Shown: positions 11,963-25,040 of the stretch, piece after piece | Layout of the letters: every line of letters starts with the position of its first letter | Position numbering within the stretch: position 1 is the first letter of the stretch | Assembly (NCBI RefSeq): GCF_963921235.1 | Contig: NC_086109.1 | Coordinates: 5,520,001-5,584,000, forward strand | Direction: 5' to 3' | Length of the DNA stretch: 64,000 nt | DNA from: Mobula hypostoma | Lineage: Eukaryota | Translations under genes and position numbers: made by a program | The notes under the pieces: model-generated | What the model was told of the DNA's origin: nothing | What the model saw: the letters and a program-made list of their open reading frames with translations, nothing else | Databases searched by the model: none

Positions 11963-11981
11963 GATTATTATTATTACTGTT

Positions 11982-13665
11982 ATAAGACCATAAGGTATAG
12001 GAGCAAAATTAGGCCATTTGGCTCATCGAGTCTGCTCTGCCATTTCATCATAGCCAATCCATTTTTTTCTCTCAGCCCAATGTCATGCCTTCCCCCGCCA
12101 TCTCTTCACTCCCTGACCAGTCAAGAATCTATCAACTTCTGCTTTAACTATATATAAAAACAACCTTCACAGCTGCCTGACGCAAATAATTCCACAGATT
12201 TGCCACTCTCTGAATAAAATTCAGAAGAAAATTCCTTCTCATCTCTGTCCTAAAAGGATGGCCCTCTTTCTGAGGCCGTGTCCTCTGGTCTTAGACTCCC
12301 CCTCCATAGGAAACATCTCTCCACATCCACTCTATCAAGGTTTCATTTGATAGGTTGCAATTAAGTCACCCCTCATTCTTCTAAATTCCAGTGAATACAA
12401 GCCCAGAACCATCAAACGCTCTTCATATGACGAGCTGTTTAATCCTGAAATCATTTTCATGAACCTCCTTTGAATCCTCTCCAGTTTCAGCACGTTCTTT
12501 CTAAGATATGGGGCCCAAAACTGCATACAGTACTCAAAATGAGGCCTCACTAGTACTTTATAAAGTTTCAACATTACGTCCTTGTTTTTATATTCTAGTC
12601 CTCTTGAAATGAATGCAAACATTGCACTTGCCTTCCTCACCACAGACTCAACCTGCAAATTAACCTTTAGGGAACTCTGCACAAGGATTCCCAAATCCCT
12701 TTGTGTCTCAATTATTTTTGTATTTTCTTTCCATTTTGAAAATAGTCAACCCTTCCATTTCTTCTACCAAAGTGCATGACTATACGCTTCCTAAAACTGT
12801 ATTCCATCTGCCATTTCTTTGCCCATTCTCCTAATCTGTCTAAGTCCTTCTGTAGCCTCTCAACTTCCTCAAAACTACCTACCCCTCCACCTTTCTTCAT
12901 ATCTCTGCAAACTTTGTAACAAAGCCATCAATTCCGTCATTGAAATCATTGACATATAATGTAAGAAGAATTGGTCCCAGCACAAACCTCTATAGAACAC
13001 CGCTAGTCACCGGCAGCCAATCAGGAAAGACTTCCTTTATTCCGACTCTTTGCCTCCTGTCAGTCAATCACTGCTTTATCCATGCTGGTATCTTTCCTGT
13101 AATACCATGCAGACTCAAGTGTGGCACCTTGTCAAAGTCCTTCTGAAAATCCAAGTACACAAAGTCAACCAATTCTCCTTTGTCTAACCTGCTTGTTACT
13201 TCTTCAAAGAATTCCAACAGATTTGTCAGGCAAGACTTTCCCTTGAGGAAACCATGCTGACTATGACCTATTATATCATGTGTCTGCAAGTACCCCGAAA
13301 CCACATCCTTAACAATCGACTCCAACATCTTCCTAACCACTGACGCCAGACTAACTGGCCTATAATCTCTGTTCTTCTGCCTCTCTTTCTTGAAGAATGG
13401 AGTGACCATTACAATTATTCTAGTCTTCCAGAACCATTCCAGGATCTAGTGCTTCTTGAAAGATCATTACTAATGCCTTCACAGTTTCTTCAGTCACCTC
13501 TTTCAGAACCCTGGGGTGTACACCATCTGGTCCACGTGACTTATCGACCTTCAGACCTTTCAGTTTCCCAAGAACCTTCTCTCTAGTTATGGTAACTTCA
13601 CAGACTTCATGACCCCTGACACCTGGAACTTCCACCATATTGCTAGTGTCTTCCATAGTGAAGCC
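11982..13665 (-). mobile_element. Decayed CR1 LINE, 5'-truncated
   Basis: RT fragments [33 protein letters not shown]. Confidence 0.9.
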
Positions 13666-13757
13666 TGGTTATACATTAGAGGGGCTAATGTCAAAGAAAA
13701 GGGGTGCTTTTTTTTAAATACAGAGTGGTGGGTGCCTGAAATGTGCTGCCTGGGGTG

Positions 13758-16170
13758 AATTGAATTGAATTGACTTTACTTCTTGCATCCTTCACATCTA
13801 TGAAGAGTAAAAATCTTTATGTTACGTGTCCATCTAAATGTGCCATGTGCAATCATAGTAATTTACAATAATTTATAATAAATAGAACAGTCAATGTCAT
13901 ATAGAGTGCACTCAAATCAGTGAGAGTTCATCAGTCTGATGGCCTGGTGGAAGAAGCTGTCCCGGAGCCTGTTGGTCCTGGCTTTTATGCTGCAGTACCG
14001 TTTCCCAGATGGTAGCAGCTGGCATAGATTGTGGCTGGGACGGCTTGCATCCCCAATGATCCTATGGACCCTTTGAACACACCTGTCCTTGTAAATGTCC
14101 TGAATCATGGGAAGTTCACAACTACAGATGTGTTGGGCTGTCCGCACCACTCTCTGCAGAGTCCTGCGATTGAGGGAAATATAGCTCCCATACCAGGCAG
14201 TGATGCAGCCAGTCAGGATGCTGTCAATTGCACCTCTGTAGAAAGTTCTTAGGATTTGTGGGCCCATACCAAACTTCCTCAACCATCTGAGGTGAAAGAG
14301 GTGCTGTTGTGCCTTTTTCACCCCACAGCTGGTGTGTACAGACCACGTGAGATCCTCGGTGATGTGTATGCCGAGGAACTTGAAGCTGTTTACCCTCTCA
14401 ACCCCAGATCCATTGATGTCAATAGGAGTTAGCCCGTCTCCATTCCTCCTGTAATCCACAACCAGCTCCTTTGTTTTTGTGACATAAGAACATAAGAAAT
14501 GGGAGCAGGAGTAGGCCTTTTGGCCCATTGAGCCTGCCCTGCCATTAATAAGGTCATGGCTGATCTGTCCGTAAACTCAGCTCCATCTACCTGCCTTTTC
14601 CCCATAACCCTTAATTCCCCTACTATGTAAAAACCTATCTAACTTTTTCTTAAGTATATTTAGTGAGGAAGCCTCAACTGCTTCCCTGGGCAGAGAATTC
14701 CACAGATTCACCACTCTCTGGGATAAACAGTTTCTCCTCATCTCCGTCCTAAATCTTCTCCCCTGAATCTTGAGGCAATGTCCCCTAGTTCTAGTCTCAC
14801 CTACCAATGGAAACAACTTTCCTACTTTTATCTTATCTATCCCTTTCAAAATTTTGTATGTTTCTATAAGATCCCCTCTCATTCTTCTGAACTCCAGAGA
14901 GTATAGTCCCAGGCGACTCAATCTCTCCTCATAGGTTAACCCCTTCATCCCTGGAATCAACCTGGTGAACCTCCTCTGCACTGCCTCCAAAGCCAGTATA
15001 TCCTTCCTCAAGTATGGAGACCAGAACTGCACACAGTACTCCAGGTGTGGCCTCACCAATACCCTGCATAGTTGCAACATGATCTCCCTGCTCTTGAATT
15101 CAATCCCTCTAGCAAGGAAGGCCAACATTCCATTTGCCTTCTTAATAACCTGTTGTACCTGCAAGCCAACTTTTTGCAATTCATGAACAAACACTCCCAA
15201 GTCCCTCTGCACAACAGCATGCTGCAATCTTTCACCATTTAAATAATAATCTGCTCTTCTATTATTCCTTCCAAATCTCACATTTACCAACGTTGTATTC
15301 CATCTGCCAGACCTTGGCCCACTCACTTAACCTATCTATATCCCTCTGCAGACTCTCCACATCCTCTGTACAATTTGCTTTTCCACTCAGTTTAGTGTCA
15401 TCAGCAAATTTTGCTACGCTACACTCAGTCCCCTCTTCCAAATCATCAGTGTAAATGGTAAACAGCTGCGGCCCCGCACCGACCCCTGCGACACCCCACT
15501 CACCACTGACTGCCAACTGGAGAAACACCCATTTATACCAACTCTCTGCCTTCTATCGGTTAACCAATCCACTGTCCATGCCAATACACCTCCTCTGACT
15601 CCATGCATCCGTATCTTATTTTTAAGTCTCGTGTGCGGCACCTTATCGAACGCCTTCTGGAAATCCAAGTATGACATCCACCTGTTCCCCTCTATCCACT
15701 GCACTCATTATGTCCTCCAAGAACTCCAGTAAGTTTGTCAAAGAGGACCTGCCCTTTCTGAATCCATGCTGCGTCTGTCTAATGGAACCACTTCTTTCTA
15801 AATGTTTCGCTATTTCTTCCTTAATGACAGCTTCAAGCATTTTCCCGACTACAGATGTTAAGCTAACTGGCCTTTAGTTACTTGTCTTTTGCCTACATCC
15901 TTTTTTAAAAAGTGGCGTGACATTTGCTGTCTTCCAATCCGCCGGGACCTGCCCAGAGTCTAAAGAGTCTTGACATTGAGGGAGAGGTTCTTTTCTTGAC
16001 ACCACTGTGTCAGAGAGATGACTTCTTCCCTGTAGGCCACCTCGTTATTGTTTGAGATAAGGCCAATCAATGTAGTGTTGTCGGCAAATTTAATTAGCAG
16101 ATTGGACCTGTGGGTGGCGATACCGTCATGGTAATATGGGGAGTAAAGGAGGGGACTCAGTACGCAGCCC
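13758..16170 (-). mobile_element. Rex1/Babar-like element split by a CR1 insertion
   Basis: KTKELVVDYRR...FKFLGIHIT...LPSGKRY (13917-14485) continues at 15977-16170; (TCAAT)n tail at 13758-13773. Confidence 0.85.
14486..15970 (-). mobile_element. CR1 LINE, 5'-truncated, nested in Rex1-like element
   Basis: CR1 RT C-terminal ORFs; TGACAT duplicated at 14480-14485 and 15971-15976. Confidence 0.9.
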
Positions 16171-16479
16171 TGGCGGGGGGGGGCGGGAATGGTAGAGGCA
16201 GATACATTAGGGACTTTTTCAGAGACACTTAGATAGGCATATTGTGTAGACAGAAGGGATTAGTTTAGCTGGCTATTTGAGTTGGCACAACATAGTGGGC
16301 TGAAGGGCCAGTTCCTGTGCTGTGATGTTCTAAATTCTCTAGCAACCTAGAAACATAGGAAACCTACAGCACGATACAGGCCCTTCAGCCTACAGTGCTA
16401 TACCAGATTCTTGCATCCAGCTATTATCATCATCATTACGTGTCGTGTCGTATGACGGGGGCGATCCTGGTCTTCCCAT

Positions 16480-18436
16480 GAGGACTGGGAGAAATTCAGA
16501 GTTCAGCAGAGGAGGACAAAGGGCTTAATTAGGAAGGGGAAAAAAGATTATGAGAGAAAACTGGCAGGGAAAATAAAAACGGACTGTAAAAGCTTTTATA
16601 GATATGTAAAAAGGAAAAGACTGGTTAAGACAAATGTAGGTCCCCTGCAGACAGAAACAGGTGAATTGATTATGGGGAGCAAGGACATGGCAGACCAATT
16701 GAATAATTACTTTGGTTCTGTCTTCACTAAGGAGGACATAAATAATCTTCCAGAAATAGTAGGGGACAGAGGGTCCAGTGGGATGGAGGAACTGAGCGAA
16801 ATACATGTTAGTAGGGAAGTGGTGTTAGGTAAATTGAAGGGATTGAAGGCAGATAAATCCCCAGGGCCAGATGGTCTGCATCCTAGAGTGCTTAAGGAAG
16901 TAGCCCAAGAAATAGTGGATGCATTAGTGATAATTTTTCAAAACTCGTTAGATTCTGGACTAGTTCCTGAGGATTGGAGGGTGGCTAATGTAACTCCACT
17001 TTTTAAAAAAGGAGGGAGAGAGAAACCGGGGAATTATAGACTGGTTAGCCTAACGTCAGTGGTGGGGAAACTGCTGGAGTCAGTTATCAAGGATGTGATA
17101 ACGGCACATTTGGAAAGCGGTGAAATGATCGGACAAAGTCAGCATGGATTTATGAAAGGAAAATCATGTCTGACGAATCTCATAGAATTTTTTGAGGATG
17201 TAACTAGTAGAGTGGATGGGGGAGAACCAGTGGATGTGGTATATTTGGATTTTCAAAAGGCTTTTGACAAGGTCCCACACAGGAGATTAGTGTGCAAACT
17301 TAAAGCACACGGTATTGGGGGTAAGGTATTGGTGTGGGTGGAGAATTGGTTAGCAGACAGGAAGCAAAGAGTGGGAATAAACGGGACCTTTTCAGAATGG
17401 CAGGCGGTGACTAGTGGGGTACCGCAAGGCTCAGTGCTGGGACCCCAGTTGTTTACAATATATATTAATGACTTGGATGAGGGAATTAAATGCAGCATCT
17501 CCAAGTTTGCAGATGACACGAAGCTGGGTGGCAGTGTTAGCTGTGAGGAGGATGCTAAGAGGATGCAGGGTGACTTGGATAGGTTGGGTGAGTGGGCAAA
17601 TTCATGGCAGATGCAGTTTAATGTGGATAAATGTGAAGTTATCCACTCTGGTGGCAAAAATAGGAAAACAGATTATTATCTGAATGGTGGCCGATTAGGA
17701 AAAGGGGAGGTGCAACGAGACCTGGGTGTCATTATACACCAGTCATTGAAAGTGGGCATGCAGGTACAGCAGGCGGTGAAAAAGGCGAATGGTATGCTGG
17801 CATTTATAGCGAGAGGATTCAAGTACAGGAGCAGGGAGGTACTACTGCAGTTGTACAAGGCCTTGGTGAGACCACACCTGGAGTATTGTCTGCAGTTTGG
17901 TCCCCTAATCTGAGGAAAGACATCCTTGCCATAGAGGGAGTACAAAGAAGGTTCACCAGATTGATTCCTGGGATGGCAGGACTTTCATATGAAGACAGAC
18001 TGGATGAACTGGGCTTGTACTCGTTGGAATTTAGAGGATTGAGGGGGGATCTGATTGAAACGTATAAGATCCTAAAGGGATTGGACAGGCTAGATGCAGG
18101 AAGATTGTTCCCGATGTTGGGGAAGTCCAGAACGAGGGGCCACATTTTGAGGATAGAGGGGAAGCCTTTTAGGACCGAGATTAGGAAAAACTTCTTCACA
18201 CAGAGAGTGGTGAATCTGTGGAATTCTCTGCCACAGGAAACAGTTGAGGCCAGTTCATTGGCTATATTTAAGAGGGAGTTAGATATGGCCCTTGTGGCTA
18301 CAGGGGTCAGGGGGTATGGAGGGAAGGCTGCGGCGGGGTTCTGAGTTGGAGGATCAGCCATGATCATAATAAATGGCGGTGCAGGCTCGAAGGGCTGAAT
18401 GGCCTACTCCTGCACCTATTTTCTATGTTTCTATGT
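16480..18436 (+). mobile_element. Young CR1 LINE, 5'-truncated (RT domain, frameshift near 17890)
   Basis: ORFs 16666-17913 and 17886-18344 with GVPQGSVLGP and FADD motifs; (TTCTATGT)n tail. Confidence 0.95.
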
Positions 18437-19033
18437 ATCTCCCCAACACCCATGAACCCAAATACAGTAATCTCATTCACCCACATTAGGTCTGGAGTCT
18501 TCTGTGCCTTGAAATTTATATAATTATGTATAATTCATACATTTATACAACTTGATTATACAAAATGATTCTCGCCAACTTTTCATTTTAAAGATAGGTT
18601 TTCACACTTCGACATTAGCGATCTCTGTAGAATTTCTAAAAGTGAAGGTGTCCTGAGTTTTATCTCACTGGGAATTATGAACTAACTGTGTACATAGTAC
18701 CGGTAACTGAGCCAGTTCACCTTGTCACTCTACTGTATTGATGATAAGATTTGGTACATGTACAAAGTTTAAAAGAAAGTATGAACACGTGAAATTCTGC
18801 CGATGCTGGAAATCCAGAGCAATGCACACGAAATGCTGGAGGAACTCAGCAGGTCAGGCAGCACCTACGCAAGGCAAAATGTGTTTGGAGCTGGCAGGTG
18901 TTCAGTGAAACCAGGTGACGGGAAGGTGGGATGTGGTGAGAAGGTGGGCGGGGGGTGGCGAAGTAAGAAGTTGGGAGGTGATAGTTGGAAAAGAAAATGC
19001 AAGCTTTTACAAATCTTTTTTGTTTCTTTCCAG

Positions 19034-19136
19034 CTTCCACAGTACAAAATTTTCACAATTTCATGGAAAGACCTTCACGGTCCGACCTGGTACAAAACAA
19101 CCAATTACTGTGGTCGGCACTTCAACCACCAAATGA
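19034..19136 (+). CDS. C6orf132: Terminal coding exon of the C6orf132-like gene
   Basis: Strong acceptor TTTTTGTTTCTTTCCAG|C; phase 2 matches donor at 5004 (AG+C = Ser); encodes FHSTKFSQFHGKTFTVRPGTKQPITVVGTSTTK*, containing the TFTVRPG..QPI C-terminal motif. Confidence 0.8.
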
Positions 19137-20250
19137 GCAAGCAACTAGTCTGCCATGAAAGATATTTTCTGGCAGCTTCATCTAGACATCAGCTTGTTAA
19201 CCGGAGGATGGTGCCAACGGCTTCAATTTTCCTGAGGAGAGGTCAAAAATCCTGCTGACCTGATGAGATGGGATGCCAGTGTGCAGAAGATATTTTTAGC
19301 ACCGCTTGTATTGAACTGAGGATTATATAAGGTGTATGTTATTGACAACTATATTTATTGAAGTATCTTTCTGCACATTTTCCCTTTTACTGGTTGTACA
19401 ACACAAAAACACTAATCTGTGTAGTATTTTAGCATGGTTCTGGCCCATAATCTTATAACCTGTTGATTTAACCTAATTCCCATGTAAACTCCACATAGAA
19501 AAAGTACAATTTTTGACATATAATCAATCAAATCTCTTTTTTTTCCCACTTTTTGAACCACTGTGTATACATCATGTAGGCCTGTTTTTAAGCTAAGCAT
19601 GTAACCAATGAAAATGTTCTGTAATATATTAAATTATTTATTTTTATTACAATTTACTTCTCAGTAATTAGGTATTAACTTGTACAATGTATCCGTCTCC
19701 GGAGCTAAGTCTGGTGAAGTGAGTCTACTTTAATGGCGCAGATCGTTAACGATTGCTGTTTGCTTAGCCTGTTCTACAATCCTCATGTAATTAAATGACA
19801 AAATTGTTCACCTTATAACTTGTGTTAAAAAAATCACAATGGAAAGAAATATCTTTAGCTTGGGAAAGGGGTTAGCAGAAAGTGCCCTGTATCCAACCAG
19901 AACTTTGATATGTAAATTACAAGATCAAATGGAATATTTTTACTAAATGTTATCTTTTGTATAAAAATCAAAATATAACAATGTATTGTATATTTAGGCA
20001 AGTTTGCATGAATCTCTTAACTTTACTTCCTCTCTCTGTAATAGACTAAGTCTGTGAAAAATGCTTTGAACAAAGATGTTGTCCTACACAGGAACATCCC
20101 TGTTCCATTTTAAAAGGTCAATTAACAGTTTGGTAGGTCAGACTGATTAAGCACTTAGTGTGCAAGGCTCTCAACGTTTACAAAGCCTTTGCCCTTCTAC
20201 ATTAGTAATGTTTGCTGTTGATTAAATATATAACGTCTCAAACATTGGTC
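19137..20250 (+). other. Probable 3' UTR; candidate poly(A) signal ATTAAA at 20221-20226
   Basis: About 1.1 kb of AT-rich sequence free of recognisable repeats, directly after the stop codon; the end point is a guess. Confidence 0.5.
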
Positions 20251-21873
20251 AAGAATTTTGATGATTTTTTTAAAAAAGTCAAAACTGTTTAACTGCTTCA
20301 GCTATAATGCCATATGTATGCCCTAGTTATTATCGTGCTTTTGGTATCATGGGTAAAATGTGATTTTATACTGCCTGCCTTTCACTTCTTGATGAATGGG
20401 AGAACTCCAAACCAATCAGCCTGCATCGTTCTGACATGCATGGATGTCCCAGTAACAAGACATGGGGCATAGAACAGCACAGGAACAGGCCCTTTGTGCT
20501 GAACCAATTAAACGAGTAATTAAATGCCTTATGTTAATTCTTTCTGCCTCTGTGATGACCTTATTCCCCAATTTCCTCAACATTCAAATGCCTATTTAAG
20601 AGCCTCTTGAATTGTTTTAACCGCCCGTTACACCACTGGAGTTTAAGGCAACAATGAATGTCCTCCATCCGTCCAATGTCTATACCATCACACATTGATA
20701 AAGAAGGATTCTTCAGTGCTGTTTCCATAACAATTTTGTTTGACCAGTCAGGGTTGTTAGCCCTGAGCTGAACCCCTGATCCTGGAGGACCAGTGGACCA
20801 CTCTTAGTCTGGCCTCCACCCTTTGACCTGTTTGGCATGGGTGACCCTACCAAGAGCCAAAGCATAAAACCCTGACTCCAGCCAATATAGCTCTCCGGGT
20901 CATTGAGGGACGCAGGCATCCAAACCCAATGATAAGGCTGTGGCCTGCTTGAAGGGGCATCTCGAATACCCTTTTGAATTTCTCTCCACCACAATCACCC
21001 ACCATTCTCATTCAAAAAAAAACTTGTCCTGCACATCTCCCTTGAACTTACCCCCTCTCACCTTACATATAAGTCCTCCACAATTGTCAAATCCAAACTT
21101 CTATTAGAAATAAGAGAAGTTCATGCTTCAGAATATTGATGTTGAGGTTACTGGCTGTAAGGTCAGGGTTCAATTCCCGCTGCAGTCTGTAAGGAGTGTG
21201 TACCGTGTGGGTTTCTCCTGGGCGCTGTGCTTTCGTCCCACATTCCAAAGAATGACAGGTTAGGGTAGGTGAGTTATGGGCATGCTTGTTGCCGCCGGAA
21301 GTGTGGCGACATTTGCGTTGCACAACCTTCGCTGATTTGATTTAATGCAAGTGACGCATTTCACTGTATGTTTCAATGTACATGTGACAAAGAAAACTAA
21401 TCTTAGATCTTGCTTTAAATGACATCTTTTTGCCCAGTGGGTCCTGTTGTTACGTGATGAAAGGCTAACTTTCTTTGTGTGGAGACTTTGCGTGAAGCTA
21501 CTAGGTATTTTTGTATCGGTGGCCGTCCTCCTTCTCTCAGTCTGTGGATGTAGTTGCACCACACGTCTTCCGCTCTTCAATGCCTCTGCCCAGCTCTTTG
21601 CCTTCTATGCTTGTGAGTCTGAATGTAATCCCTATATGGACTTCATTTTTTTTTTCACAAACAGAACTCACTAAGTTTCTGAGTCTAACTCTTTCTTCTG
21701 TAGAACTGAAAACTCGCCTCTTGCCCAGAAGCTGTTGGGTTTCAGACAAGTGCAGACAGCTGGACCTACGGTTCCCGTAGTGCACCACTGACAGAGAAGA
21801 TCTATTCGATGGGCTGAATGGCATAATTCTGCTCCAATGACTTACTGTCCTAAAACAGGTTCCATTTATCTTC

Positions 21874-22093
21874 AAACAACAGGAATTCTGCAGATGCTGG
21901 AAATTCAAGCAACATACATCAAAGTTGCTGGTGAACGCAGCAGGCCAGGCAGCATCTGTAGGAAGAGGCGCAGTCGACGTTTCAGGCCGAGACCCTTCGT
22001 GACGAAGGGTCTCGGCCTGAAACGTCGACTGCGCCTCTTCCTACAGATGCTGCCTGGCCTGCTGCGTTCACCAGCAACTTTGATGTATGTTGC
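21874..22093. mobile_element. Palindromic Penelope-pLTR-derived insertion
   Basis: Perfect inverted repeat 21907-22000 / 22002-22095 with a 1-nt spacer; TTCCATTTATCTTC duplicated at 21860-21873 and 22094-22107. Confidence 0.85.
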
Positions 22094-22416
22094 TTCCATT
22101 TATCTTCGCAAAGTTTTCAAAGATCTATGGCAAGAAAGAGCAGGGGTGTTCTGCATTCCCCTTCCCCATATCATAAGCAATGACAATCCTGAGTCAGCAT
22201 TACTGAAGTACAAATCGATGAAGGGTTTTGACCCAAAAAGGCCTTTCTTTGTTCCTCCCCATAGATGCTGCCTGACCTGCTGAGTTCCTGCAGCATATTG
22301 ATTCAGATTTGAATTTTAAATCCCACAAAAAGAAAGTGACCAGAGCAGCATTTTTACACTTAATATTGCAAAGCTACGCCCGTTTCTGTCAAGTAATGAT
22401 GCTGAAAAGCTCATTC

Positions 22417-23105
22417 ATAGCCATAGTCATAGTCATACTTTATTGATCCCGGGGGAAATTGGTTTTCGTTACATAGTAATGGAACCATAAATAGTTAAAT
22501 AGTAATATGTAAATTATGCCAGTAAATTATGAAATAAGTCCAGGACCAGCCTATTGGCTCAGGGTGTCTGACCCTGCAAGGGAGGAGTTGTAAAGTTTGA
22601 TGGCCACAGGCAGGAATGACTTCCTATGACGCTCTGTGTTGCATCTCGGTGGAATGAGTCTCTGGCTGAATGTACTCCTGTGCCCAACCAGTACATTATG
22701 TAGTGGATGGGAGACATTGTCCAAGATGGCATGCAACTTGGACAGCATCCTCTTTTCAGACACCACCGTCAGAGAGTCCAGTTCCATCCCCACAACATCA
22801 CTGGCCTTACGAATGAGTTTGTTGATTCTGTTGGTGTCTGCCACCCTCAGCCTGCTGCCCCAGCACACAACAGCAAACATGATAGCACTGGCCACCACAG
22901 ACTCGTAGAACATCCTCAGCATCATCTGGCAGATGCTAAAGGACCTCAGTCTCTTCAGGAAATAGAGATGGCTCTGACCCTTCTTGTAGACAGCCTCAGT
23001 GTTCTTTGACCAGTCCAGTTTATTGTCAATTTGTATCCCCAGGTATTTGTAATCCTCCACCATGTCCACACTGACCCCCTGGATGGAAACAGGGGTCACC
23101 AGTGT
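22417..23105 (-). mobile_element. Rex1/Babar-like element 3' end
   Basis: ORF 22551-23099 YKYLGIQIDNKLDWSKN...LYFLKRLRSF; (TATGAC)n tail; same family as 37905-38720. Confidence 0.85.
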
Positions 23106-23109
23106 CTTA

Positions 23110-23690
23110 GCTCACACCTTTATATCAAACGGAGAGATCACTGTAAGGCACTTTTCACTGGCTTTCCAAAGCAATCTACTGACAAACTCCAACTCATTCA
23201 GATAGCTGCTGCTGGACTTTTAACAAAACCCAGGAAGAGAGAACGTATCGCTCCCATCCTAACTACTCTGCATTGGCTTCCTGTATCATTTAGAATTGAT
23301 CTTAAAGTTCTCTCACTTGTTTTTAACTCTCAATGGTCTTGGGACCAGACAACATCACAGAATCATTTTCATTTTATAAGCCTGTTTGAGCTCTCAGGTC
23401 TTCTTCCACTCTCTCTTAAAATTAGACAATCTTCCTCAATAGATAATTGGCAGGTCAGCTTTTTTGAACTACACTCCTGAACTGTGGAACTCAATAACCT
23501 TAAAACCATAAGGGATGCAGACTCAGTTGACACTTCTAAACTCCAGCTCAAAACCTATTTATTTAACCTCGCTTTTGACTACCATCTTTTTGTCTTTTAT
23601 TTTCATGTTTGCACTTTATCCCATTGTAAAGCACTTTGAACTGCATCTGTTTAAAAAGTGCTCCATAAATAAAGTGTATTATTATTATTA
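23110..23690 (+). mobile_element. L2 LINE 3' fragment
   Basis: KLQLIQIAAAGLLT...IAPILTTLHWLPVSFRIDLKVL; 3' UTR GTAAAGCACTTTG...AATAAA then (TAT)n. Confidence 0.8.
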
Positions 23691-24339
23691 TGTTACTCTG
23701 GATTTCCAATATCTGCAGAACCTCTCGTGTTTAAGAAATATTTATAAGTCATGGATGAAGGATTAGACCATCAAGTGTGCTCCACCATTCGATCCTGGCT
23801 GATTTATTGTCCCTCTCAAACCAATTTTCCTGCCTTCTCCCTGAACTCTTTGATGTTCTTACTAATCAAGAACCTGTCAACCTCTGCCTTAAATATACCC
23901 AATGACTTGGCCTCCATTGGCAATCAATTCCACAGATTCACCGCTCCCTATCTAAAGAAATTCCCCCTCACCTCAGTTGTAAAGGGACATCCTTGCATTC
24001 TGAGGCTGGGCCCGCCAGCCCTGGACACCTCCCACTATAGGAAACATCCTCTCCACATCCAGCTTTATCGATTAGTTTTATTTGTCGCACGTGCACCGAA
24101 GCACACAGTGGAAGGCATCGTTTTTGTCAAGGACCAGTACAGTCTGAGGATGTGCTGGGGGCAGCCCACAAGTGTCGCCACGCTTCCAGCGCCAACGAAG
24201 CCTGCCCACGACTCACTAACCCTGGACTGTACGTCTTTGGAAAGAGGGAGGAAGCTGGAGCACCCGGAAAAACCGATGCAGTGAGAGGGAGAACATGCAA
24301 ATTCCATACAGACAACAGCAGGAACATAATATTGCATTA

Positions 24340-25040
24340 TAGAGTCATGGAAAGGTACAGCACTGAAACAGGCTCTTTGGCCCATCTAATCTGTGCCAAA
24401 CCATTTAAACTGCCTACTCCCATTGACCTACACTTGGACGATAACCATCTATACCCCTACCATCCACCTACCTATCCAAACTTCTCTTAAACCAAGCATG
24501 CATGCGCCACTTGTGCTGGCAGCTGGTTCCACACTCTCATCACCCTCTGAGTGAAGAAGTCTCCCCTCATGTTATATAACCATAACCATATAATAATTAT
24601 AGCACGGAAACAGGCCATCTTGACCCTTCTAGTCCGTGCCGAACTCTTACTCTCACCTAGTCCCACCGACCTGCACTCAGCCCATAACCCTCCATTCCCT
24701 TCCTGTCCATATATCTATCCAATTTAACTTTAAATGACATCGAACCTGCCTCCACTTCTTCTGCTGGAAGCTCATTCCACACAGCTACCACTCTCTGAGT
24801 AAAGAAGTTCCCCCTCAAGTTACTCTTAAACTTTTGCCCTTTAACTCTCAACTCATGTCCTCTTGTTTGAATCTCCCCCACTCTCAATGGAAAAAGCCTA
24901 TCCACGTCAACTCTGTCTATCCCCCTCATAATTTTAAATACCTCTATCAGGCCCCTCTTCAACCTTCTACGCTCCAAAGAATAAAGACCCAACTTGTTCA
25001 ACCTTTCTCTTAAGTTCCCCTTAAACTTTTCACCTTTGTT
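24340..25040 (-). mobile_element. Nested CR1 3' fragments
   Basis: LGLYSLERRRL...FFTQRVVAVWN ORF (24657-25001) inside an older CR1 3' end. Confidence 0.75.

Noticed and set aside
18803..19258. 151-aa ORF
   Set aside because: Starts in a Penelope-derived repeat and crosses the real exon in the wrong frame
21837..22283. ORFs with identical peptides on both strands
   Set aside because: A direct consequence of the DNA palindrome
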